Source of the DNA: Pachysolen tannophilus NRRL Y-2460
Taxonomy: Eukaryota
DNA: 64,000 nucleotides
Assembly: GCA_001661245.1 (NCBI GenBank)
Contig: KV454014.1
Location: forward strand, 822,954-886,953
Reading direction: 5' to 3'
The translations under genes and the position numbers were made by a program. The notes under the pieces are model-generated. The model was not told the DNA's origin, did not search any database, and was given only the letters and a program-made list of their open reading frames with translations. Position 1 is the first letter of the stretch, and each line of letters begins with the position of its first letter. This document shows positions 45,206 through 54,600 of the stretch, piece after piece.

Positions 45206-45943
45206 ATGGTTCAAGAGGTGATCATATTCATATTGACATTACCGATATTGTATTTGATAATGTCCCGGTTATTAAGCAGTATAATTTCTTCAAGAAGTAA
45301 TGGTCTTTCAAGTAAGATAATAACTCAAAATGATAAACAACCTTTTTTATTAATATGTTCTATAGGAAATCCTGAACAACATTATAAAGGAACAAGACAT
45401 TCAGTAGGACATTTAATTTTAAAAGAAATTATTAATAGACAAAATTTTAATCAAATATTGAAAATTGGAAATAAAAATTATTATAGTAATGAAAATAGGC
45501 CAAATTTATTATTTTATGAATCAACAAGTTTAATGAACATTAGTGGGAAAAATGTTAAAGATGCATTTTATAATATCTTAAATAATTCAAAATTTATTAA
45601 TTATAATCCAATCTTGATTGTTTTACATGATGAGTTAGATTTAAAATTAGGTAAAATCAAAGTAAAGAAACAAATGTCTTCTCATAGAGGTCATAATGGG
45701 TTAAAATCTATTAATAATAATATTGGAGGTGGATTTAATTCTATATCAATTGGTATAGATCGACCACAATCAAGAAATAGTAATGAAGTTGCAAATTATG
45801 TATTATCCAAGATTCCAAATAACGAATTAAAAATTTTAACCGATGAAGTTGTTCCAAAAGTTGAAACCATAATTGAAGAAATGTTGAATGGGAAATATAT
45901 TTATGAAGTAAATGAAACTAATACAAGGAAACATAAAAATTAG
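45206..45943 (+). CDS. PTH1: Mitochondrial peptidyl-tRNA hydrolase. Start is 45206 or 45260
   Basis: SIGNPE..YKGTRHSVG, MNISG, VLHDELDL, SHRGHNGLKSI, IGIDRP. Confidence 0.88.
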   Translation: MVQEVIIFILTLPILYLIMSRLLSSIISSRSNGLSSKIITQNDKQPFLLICSIGNPEQHYKGTRHSVGHLILKEIINRQNFNQILKIGNKNYYSNENRPNLLFYESTSLMNISGKNVKDAFYNILNNSKFINYNPILIVLHDELDLKLGKIKVKKQMSSHRGHNGLKSINNNIGGGFNSISIGIDRPQSRNSNEVANYVLSKIPNNELKILTDEVVPKVETIIEEMLNGKYIYEVNETNTRKHKN

Positions 45944-46498
45944 ATTATATATATATATATATATTTATGACCCATAAAGTCATTATAATTAGTACCCTTA
46001 TTTCTAAAAGTAGTTACTACGATTTATAACTCAGTTTCAATAGAACCGAACCTATTTTACTCTCTTCAAGACAATTTTTTACTCCATCCAAGAATACTTG
46101 AACAGACCCTTACTTACTTACTTACTTAATTACTTACTTATTTTCCTTTTAAACCGTTTACCATCTTACCATCTCCTTACATTTCCTCCGCCTTCTCCTT
46201 CCATTTCTCTACCACTTTTACCTGGAGATCATCTTGCGGCTCTTTCTTTTACACAATCCCGCCGAAAGCCACACAAAAATGCAGGAAGAAAAGAAAAAAA
46301 AAAGAAAGAAAAAAAAAACAGGCGACGACATCCAGTTCACCAGCAGATCCACTTTAATACCGGTAATAGTTAATCAATAATACCTGAAAAATAATATATA
46401 AAAGTTTTGGTATTAAAGAAGAAGATATTTCCAAGATTGATGTTATAGTTTTGGTTTTTTTTTCAAAGAACAAGGAACTGAAATAGAAAGAGTGAAGG

Positions 46499-48007
46499 AT
46501 GTCGACTTTTAAAAAAGTGCAGCCTGTGGCTAAGAATATCTTAGAATTGATTGGTAATACACCAATGGTTAGGTTGAATAAGATTCCAAAACAGTTTAAT
46601 TTGAAGCCAAAGATTTTTGCTAAAGTGGAATTATTTAATGCTGGAGGTTCTATAAAAGATCGTATTGCATTAAGAATGGTAGAAGAAGCAGAAAGAAAGA
46701 AATTAATTTTTCCTGGTAAATCCACTTTAATTGAGCCAACTTCTGGTAATACAGGTATAGGATTAGCTTTAGTTGGTGCTGTGAAAAATTATAGAACTAT
46801 TATAACTTTACCAGAAAAAATGTCCAATGAAAAAGTTGCAGTATTAAAAGCATTAGGTGCTGAAATTATAAGAACTCCAACTGAAGCTGCTTGGGATTCA
46901 CCAGAATCTCATATTGGTGTTGCCAAAAAATTAGAAAAAGAAATTCCAAATTCTATTATTTTAGATCAATATGGTAATGTTGATAATCCTTTAGCTCATT
47001 ATTATGGTACAGGTGCAGAGATTTGGGAACAAACAGAAGGTAAAGTTAAAGTTGTTGTTGCTGGTGCAGGTACAGGTGGTACGATAACAGGTATTTCTAA
47101 ATTTTTAAAAGAGAAAAATCCTAATATTAAAATTATAGGTGCAGATCCTATTGGTTCTATCTTGGCTCAACCTGAATCATTAAATAAAACTGATATAACT
47201 CAATATAAAGTTGAAGGTATTGGTTATGATTTTATTCCTGATGTTTTAGATAGAAAATATGTTGATAAATGGTACAAGACAGATGATAAAGATAGTTTTC
47301 AGCTTGCAAGGAAATTGATTAGAGATGAAGGTATTTTAGTTGGAGGATCTTCTGGAAGTGCTTTAAGTGCAACAATAAAAGCAATTAAAGAAATGGAAAA
47401 TTTAACAGAAGATGATATTGTTGTATTTATTTGTCCAGATGCAATTAGATCATATTTAACAAAATTTGCAGATGATGATTGGATGAAATTAAATAATTTC
47501 TTACCAATTGTAAAAGATTCAAAAGATAAAAAATTGAATTTTAATGAACTTTTAAAAGATTATTCAATTAAAGATTTAAAATTAAAACCTGTTATATCTG
47601 TTGATCAAAATTCATCTATTGCTTCTACTATTAAAATACTTCAAGATAATGGATTTGATCAATTACCAGTCTTGGAAGAATCATCCAAAAAATTATTAGG
47701 TATTGTAACTTTATCTCATATTTTAAAATCTTTACTGGAAAATCAACATGTTAAAACTGTTAAAGAAGTTTTCTTTGATTTTAAAAATTTAGAAGATTTT
47801 GAAAAATCAAAAGATATTAACGTTGAATCAAAAAATAAGACAAGACCAATACAAGTTATCAATGAATCAACAAGTTTAGATAAGTTGAACAAATATTTTG
47901 AAAATAATTCATGTGCAATTGTAACAGATACAAATAATAAACCTTTACATATAGTTACTAAAGTTGATTTGGTTGCATTTTTGGCCTCAAAAGGTGAATT
48001 TAACTAA
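46499..48007 (+). CDS. CYS4: Cystathionine beta-synthase
   Basis: IGNTPMVRL, NAGGSIKDR (PLP Lys), EPTSGNTGIG, GAGTGGT, C-terminal CBS pair (NGFDQLPV, IVTKVDL). Confidence 0.96.
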   Translation: MSTFKKVQPVAKNILELIGNTPMVRLNKIPKQFNLKPKIFAKVELFNAGGSIKDRIALRMVEEAERKKLIFPGKSTLIEPTSGNTGIGLALVGAVKNYRTIITLPEKMSNEKVAVLKALGAEIIRTPTEAAWDSPESHIGVAKKLEKEIPNSIILDQYGNVDNPLAHYYGTGAEIWEQTEGKVKVVVAGAGTGGTITGISKFLKEKNPNIKIIGADPIGSILAQPESLNKTDITQYKVEGIGYDFIPDVLDRKYVDKWYKTDDKDSFQLARKLIRDEGILVGGSSGSALSATIKAIKEMENLTEDDIVVFICPDAIRSYLTKFADDDWMKLNNFLPIVKDSKDKKLNFNELLKDYSIKDLKLKPVISVDQNSSIASTIKILQDNGFDQLPVLEESSKKLLGIVTLSHILKSLLENQHVKTVKEVFFDFKNLEDFEKSKDINVESKNKTRPIQVINESTSLDKLNKYFENNSCAIVTDTNNKPLHIVTKVDLVAFLASKGEFN

Positions 48008-48307
48008 TCTATAAGATTATCAAAATTTTTGAAATTATTTTTCTTTAATTGCTTTTTAGCTAAAACTCATCAAGCTCACTCGAGTCTTTGAGTCTTTCAG
48101 TAATATTATATAAACTCTTTTGATAAAAGGGGGAACTCGTCAATTAGTTCAAACCCGTCTTGTAGTTAATTAAAAGCCTTATCTATTTTGCCCGCGAAAA
48201 GAATGAGTCAATTTAAAAGTGAATTATTCGATTCATGATAAGATATAAGATATAAGATAAAAGAGAGTAAGTAGTTAAAAGCAAAGAAAAAAAAGAATTG
48301 GATTAAC

Positions 48308-48922
48308 ATGACAAAGGAGAGTGTTGAAAAGGCAATTGTCACCAAATCAGAAACTTTCCATTTGGACAATGAAGAGAAAACTTTAGTTACAATGTATCTG
48401 GTAAACAATGTCACTGAAGTTCCTGAAGAATTGGTGGAAACAATGGTTAGAATTTTTAATAATGAAATTGAAAAAGGTGATACTTATCCTCATGATAAGA
48501 TAATGACTATACAAGAATTTAAAGATTATTGGTTTCAATATTTTACCGGAATCATGCTAGTAGGTAAAGAAACTTTACTTCTTTCCAACAATAGAAATTT
48601 TGATAAAGAATTTTTGGGTACTTTCTATATTAAACCAAATTACATTGGAAGATGCTCTCATAACTGTAATGCTGGATTCATTGTCAACCCTGAAGCAAGA
48701 GGCAAAAAAATCGGTACTGCTATGGGTAAACAATATCTTAAATGGGCTCCTCAACTAGGTTATACCTATTCAGTATTTAACTTAGTTTTTGAAACTAACA
48801 TTGCAAGCTGGAAAATTTGGGATTCTTTAGGTTTTCAAAGAATCGGAAGAGTGAAAAATGCTGCTGTCTTGAAAGGCCACGAAAAGAAGGTCGACGCCAT
48901 CGTCTTTGGCAAAGACTTGTAA
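48308..48922 (+). CDS. MPR1: Mpr1-like GNAT N-acetyltransferase (L-azetidine-2-carboxylate acetyltransferase family)
   Basis: GDTYPH, GTFYIKPNY.GRCSHNCNAGF, YSVFNLVFETN.ASWKIWD, VDAIVFGKDL end. Stand-alone domain. Confidence 0.72.
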   Translation: MTKESVEKAIVTKSETFHLDNEEKTLVTMYLVNNVTEVPEELVETMVRIFNNEIEKGDTYPHDKIMTIQEFKDYWFQYFTGIMLVGKETLLLSNNRNFDKEFLGTFYIKPNYIGRCSHNCNAGFIVNPEARGKKIGTAMGKQYLKWAPQLGYTYSVFNLVFETNIASWKIWDSLGFQRIGRVKNAAVLKGHEKKVDAIVFGKDL

Positions 48923-49263
48923 CCCAAAACCTCTTCTTCTTCGTCGTTATTCTCGTCGTTGTCGTCGTTGCCGTTGTCTTCGACCCCTTTTGTTTAGTAC
49001 CGCATTTCCTAATTCGGTATTTGTCGTGTAGTTGATGAAGTAGAAAAATACAAACAATAAAAAAAATTAAAAGTAATTATAATCTCTATATATAAACAAG
49101 GTTGTAAGATATTTATATATATATATATATATATATTGATAGATATATATGGATCTGGATATATCTGTATTGATATATCATTGTTGTGGCAAGATTGTGT
49201 TTGTCCTTTTTTTTTTTTAAAAACAAAAAAAAAATTTATTGATATAGTTTGGCTGGGAATATA

Positions 49264-51105
49264 ATGCCGGACTTTGATGATGTTACGCAACCTCCTCAGT
49301 TTAGGCAGCAGCTTGAATATCCAATATCTATAATTGAAAGGTATACAGTTTTATTAAAGGATGGAGAAACTACGGCCACGATTTATCCTATACATTCAGC
49401 TGAAGAGCTTCCACCAGGGTTGTTGGCATTTTTGTGTGATGAGTTTAATATGGAGGTAGAAAGGGGAGATACTTTTCCCTTTTTCGATACTCTTCATATA
49501 GAGACTTTCCAAAATTATTGGTTTGGTTCATTTGCAGCTGTAATGGTTTTAGGAGATTCTCAAACTTTGGATAGGCCAAAGCAATGGGAAAAAGAATGTT
49601 TGGGGACTTTTTATATTAAACCAAATTATCCAGGACGTTGTTCTCATATATGTACTGCTGGTTTCTTGGTTAATGCAGGTATTAGAGGTAAAGGTATTGG
49701 TAGAACTTTAGCAGAATGTTATCTTGAATGGGCTCCAAGATTAGGTTATACATATTCTGTTTTTAATTTAGTATTTGAAACAAATGACGCGTCTAGGAGA
49801 ATTTGGGAGTCTTTAAATTTCAAAAAAATTGGTAAAATTAAAGCAGCAGGTATTTTAAAAGGTCATGACAATGCTGTTGATGCAATAATATATGGAAGAG
49901 AATTAGTTCAAAATCCAAATTCAACTACTGGATCATATAGATTTGATAAAATTAAATTTTATCTTGAATCTGGTAAATATCCAGCAATGGCTGATAGACA
50001 AGAAAAATCAAGATTAAGATCTTCTGCATCTCATTATAGATTAGAAAATGGTAAATTGATGTTAAAAGGTAGAGAAGTTATTTCAGACCCACTGAGACAA
50101 ATGCAAATTTGTACAGATGTTCATATGACAAACCATGGAGGTATCAATAAGACTACATCTTTAATCACTGAAAAATATCATTGGACACGTATAAAAGATA
50201 CAGTTGCCGCCGTGATACGTAATTGTCCAGAATGTAGAGATCCAAGAGGATTGTTATTGAAAAGAAGTTCGTTGCCTGCAATTAAAAAGGCACAGCTGCA
50301 ACTGCAGCACCAGATACAACTGTTGCAACAGCATCAGCAACAACTTCTGGCAAAGCAACTGCAGCATGCCCAGCAGAAACATCTCCAGCACCATTATCAC
50401 TCTTCATCAGCATTGTCTCCAGAAAACTCATCTGGTGCAATATTAGTCGGTGGAAATAATTCTGCATCTACTTCAAATAAATATTCAGATCATAATTCGT
50501 CGGCAAATAGCATTCACAACAGACATTTGCAACAGCTGCACAATAATGAACACCACAATCATGACACTTCTTCCAAAGGAGATACAAATTCTCCCACTGA
50601 TGTTGTTACATTAGTTGGATCAGATCAATTACAACAAATTCCCTCTCATACTTCAAATCATATGGATTCAGGATTGCTCACTGGGGATTTCGATCCGGAT
50701 GATCCATCCGGCATCATCGCTGCCGTAGAAGCGGCTCAAAGGTCTCTGCAACAGCTGCAGAGTCACCAGCAACACCGGCACCACGATCATCATCAGCAGC
50801 TGCAACATCATCAGCAACACGTAGTACTGCAATCGCAACTGCAAAACCTTCATCATCAACGCGATAATAATGGGAACTCTCATCTTTCCAGCGACAATAG
50901 ACATAGTAATCATAATCATGATCAATATTCGCATGACTACAATGAGGCTCATGACCAACACGAAGATTTTCACTACCAACATACAGATAGTGAAAACGAG
51001 GAAGACGTTGATGAGGATGATGATGATGATCAAATCGATCCTGAGGTTATTTCAAGAGCTTTAATACAAGCAAATGAAGGAGATGGTGGTAATTCTATGT
51101 TGTGA
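49264..51105 (+). CDS. SPT10: Spt10 histone acetyltransferase / histone-gene activator (GNAT plus H2C2 zinc domain plus Q/H-rich tail)
   Basis: GNAT core followed by YLESGKYP and H-x3-H...C-x2-C (HMTNHGGINKT...CPEC, 50122-50235). ATG at 49264. Confidence 0.88.
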   Translation: MPDFDDVTQPPQFRQQLEYPISIIERYTVLLKDGETTATIYPIHSAEELPPGLLAFLCDEFNMEVERGDTFPFFDTLHIETFQNYWFGSFAAVMVLGDSQTLDRPKQWEKECLGTFYIKPNYPGRCSHICTAGFLVNAGIRGKGIGRTLAECYLEWAPRLGYTYSVFNLVFETNDASRRIWESLNFKKIGKIKAAGILKGHDNAVDAIIYGRELVQNPNSTTGSYRFDKIKFYLESGKYPAMADRQEKSRLRSSASHYRLENGKLMLKGREVISDPLRQMQICTDVHMTNHGGINKTTSLITEKYHWTRIKDTVAAVIRNCPECRDPRGLLLKRSSLPAIKKAQLQLQHQIQLLQQHQQQLLAKQLQHAQQKHLQHHYHSSSALSPENSSGAILVGGNNSASTSNKYSDHNSSANSIHNRHLQQLHNNEHHNHDTSSKGDTNSPTDVVTLVGSDQLQQIPSHTSNHMDSGLLTGDFDPDDPSGIIAAVEAAQRSLQQLQSHQQHRHHDHHQQLQHHQQHVVLQSQLQNLHHQRDNNGNSHLSSDNRHSNHNHDQYSHDYNEAHDQHEDFHYQHTDSENEEDVDEDDDDDQIDPEVISRALIQANEGDGGNSML

Positions 51106-51671
51106 AACTTATAAAGCATCAGAGGTCAAAAAAGAGAATTGTTTTAGTAGGAATATGTAATTTTATTTTAAAGAAAAATATATTTAAAATATATTTTAGG
51201 CTTGTACGTTTAGATTCGGTTAAAGGTTAATGCTACACTATAAATACATACAAGCATGACTTGGATTTCATTCCCAGTATACGTAAACTTATAATACAAA
51301 TAACCTTTCGGTTCATCGTCTTTTAAATTTCATAAAATACAAAATAAACTATTGAACAATTTATAAAGAAAAATAACATATCAAATTATTAATAAAAATA
51401 AAATAAAAACATAGAAAAAAAATTTTTAAGAGGCATGATATCTCGATCTATACAGCAGCAGTATGAAAAGTTCGTTCTCCAGGCAGACTTTCTAACACCG
51501 TTTTGTATACTATTAAATGTTTTTCAACCTCTTCAAAATGAAATTTCCTTTTTTTTTTTTGTTGTTTTTCAACTTTTTTTTTTCTCTTTTCCTAAAAAAA
51601 CCCAAATTAAATAACTTCTCAACTCTTTTTACAACTGAGATTAAGAGTACCAGAAAATACTACATATTCCT

Positions 51672-54600
51672 TCAGCTCATGACCATCGCAAGAAGGGCCA
51701 TTCTGACAAACAAACCGTAACGCATTTGTCTGAAATACCCAGCACGCTGATCAAAATCTACCTCTTCTGCAATCTCATTAACTCTTGGCAAAGGATGCAT
51801 GACAACCATATGCTGTTTAGCGTCCCTTAATACTTTGTTGTTGATGACATATGAATCCTTTAATCTTTCAAATTGAGCCTTATCTTTAAATCTTTCTTCT
51901 TGGATTCTGGTACAGTACAAGACATCTGATTTAGCAATGATATCGCTTGATAACTTTTCGTATTCACCAGCGAGAAGTCCTGCCTTTTCTAATTCTTCCT
52001 TTAAGTTTCTAGGTAACTGTAATTCCTTTGGCGCAACTAATTGAACACGAACATTGTAATGTTGCAATAGTTTACATAATGAATGTACTGGACGACCATA
52101 TTTAAGATCACCCATAAATGTGACCGTTATACCATTCACAGTACCCAATTCTTCTCTAATAGTGAACAAATCTAAGAAAGCTTGAGTTGGATGTTCCCTA
52201 GAACCATTACCACCATTGATGATTGGTACAGGGGAGTACTTAGCAGCAATTTCAGCACTTTCCTCAGATGGATGACGTAAAACAATAGCGTCTGAATAGC
52301 AAGCTAATGTTCTGATGGTATCTTGTAATGTCTCTCCCTTTTTAACTGATGAAGTTGATTCTGTGACAGCAACAACTCTACCACCCAACCTTTGCATAGC
52401 AGCATTGAATGATGATGAAGTTCTGGTTGAAGGTTCAAAGAACATGGTTGTCAATACCTTACCTTTCAAAACATCCAAAACACCTTGTCTTTCAACAGCT
52501 AATCTCATTTCTTGGGCAACGGCAAACAAGACATGGAAATCTGAACGATTGAACTGATTAACAGACAAAACCGACTTGCGCGAAAATGGATTATTGTATC
52601 TCATATAATGAGAAATAGTATTTGGTGGTGAGATTGAACGAGGTGGCTTAGAAACTAATTCTGCTCCAGTTTCCTCTTCATCAGCAACAGCGCTTTCTTT
52701 AGTCATGAAACCAGTGAAAGACCCACGATGTCCTGAAAACGAGAAACGACCCATTCTTCTGCTTCTCTCTTCATCCTCTCCTTCAACAAAAGGCTTTGTC
52801 AGAATATGAGAAAGTCTAGACTTTCTCAAAGCAGGAGAAGCAGTCAATTCAACAGGAGTTGAAATAACTGATTGATTCCTATGTATACCTGATGTAACTT
52901 CCTTACCTAAAGCATCTTGAACGATAATTTCGCCCTCGAGACAAACTGTCTGTAAGCCAATATGAACACGTTCAATGACCCCCTTCAAAGATTCAAACGG
53001 AGACCAAGCAGGAACTGACAGCTTTGAAGAAGCAACAGGACGATCCAAATCAATCTCGACTGTTGCATCTTGTTCAGGAATATCAAAGATTTTAGCAGGA
53101 TTGATATTAAGACGTTCGATGATATATTCCATGGTCATTTTACCTTCATTAACTGCAGAAAAAAGTAAAGGAAGAGCATCTGCAATTCCTAATCCCGCGG
53201 TAACAGGTTTGTTCAAGGCTTTGGCTAATAATGTTGGCAAATTACCAATAGATAAACAATCAATTTCAGCTAAATTATCCCACAAGGCATCTTGGTCCAG
53301 CTTTGTAGGCAAGAACGAAATCCCTGGATAATCTTCTTGGGAAAGGAATAATGAATAAATTGAAACATCACAAGTAACTCTTAAATCTTTCGATTTAGCC
53401 ATTATAATTAATGCTAAATCGTCTTTTCCAGTGACACCAGTAACATGAATCCTACGATTATGCAAAGAGGTCAACAATAAAACCGAAGCTAAATCAGTTG
53501 TCTTCGCATCCGTGATGATCGGTTTCGATTCAGGCCATGCAGCAAAATGAGCTGAAAGAGCACCAACTTGGTTATGTGAGAATTCGTTAAAAGGCAAATA
53601 AAGAGAAACAGTGGCACCTGATACAACCTGAATCTGAGCAGCATTTGAGTCTGTAGCAGCAACTGAAAAACCATAATCGGTATAAGCAGAGTTTGATACT
53701 AATTCGCTGACAGTAGTCAATGATCTTGCATCAGTAATTACAGCACCATCGAGAGTCGAAGGTAAGAAGCTGTTGAAACTAAAGCCTGCAGCTAAAGAAG
53801 AACGTGTAACAGCCTCAAAATCAACTGGACCTTTTTCGGATGACAAAGTTGGAATAAAAGAAGCAAAATTTATTAATCCTGGTAATATGACGGTTTTGTG
53901 TGAAGTTTGGGCATCGTTGCTGCTAACATCAAGTTTAATATTTCTTGAAATTGCTTCGATTAATAACTTAGCACACTTAACATTCGTTACTAATGGAACA
54001 GCATAATCGACAGCCATACGACGAGTTCTATACCCTCTGGACATATAAGAGGCAGGACGACGGAATCTATTCGCAGACGGCAAATTAATGTACAAATCAA
54101 TCAAGTTATTAGCTAAATGCTGTGTTAATGAGTACTCTGATTTCTGATCCTGTTCCTTACTCAATACTTCTAAATACTGAACTGGAATACCGTGCTCTTG
54201 AATAAAATCTGCAGTTCCCGCAGTAGCAAACAATTTATAACCCAACTCGTTTAAACGAGCAATTGAAGGCAATAACTCTTGCTTCTCTTTATATGATCCG
54301 ATAGAAAATAAGATGTTCTTCTTAGGTAATTGGAACCCTGTAGAAATCAAAGATTTCAAGTATGCCTCATATTTATTGTGACCAAATGTAGCTACCTCAC
54401 CAGTGGAAGCCATTTCAACACCTAATACGGGATCAGCACCTGACAAACGAGAAAACGAAAATTGTGGGACTTTGACAGCACAATAATCGTCTGGGAGCTT
54501 TTCACCTGGGTAAGGAGTGACTGGAAAGTCCATAATTGCTTTGGTTGCCATTTCAATTAAGTTAGTGCCGACAACTTTTGAGATAAATGGGAAAGATCTT

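Noticed and set aside
3623..50094. CUG=Ser (Candida-type code)
   Set aside because: The best-conserved sites (PP2C, kinase) correspond to Ala in recalled homologs.
50122..50235. Integrase-like H2C2 zinc domain suggesting a retrotransposon
   Set aside because: It is the known DNA-binding domain of Spt10. No RT, RNase H, integrase core or LTRs are nearby.
51430..51510. Moderately GC-rich patch between SPT10 and URA2 as a possible snoRNA
   Set aside because: No convincing C/D or H/ACA boxes or guide sequence could be identified by eye.
53000..53900. Degenerate dihydroorotase domain in URA2 as a novelty
   Set aside because: An inactive DHO-like domain is the normal state of fungal Ura2.
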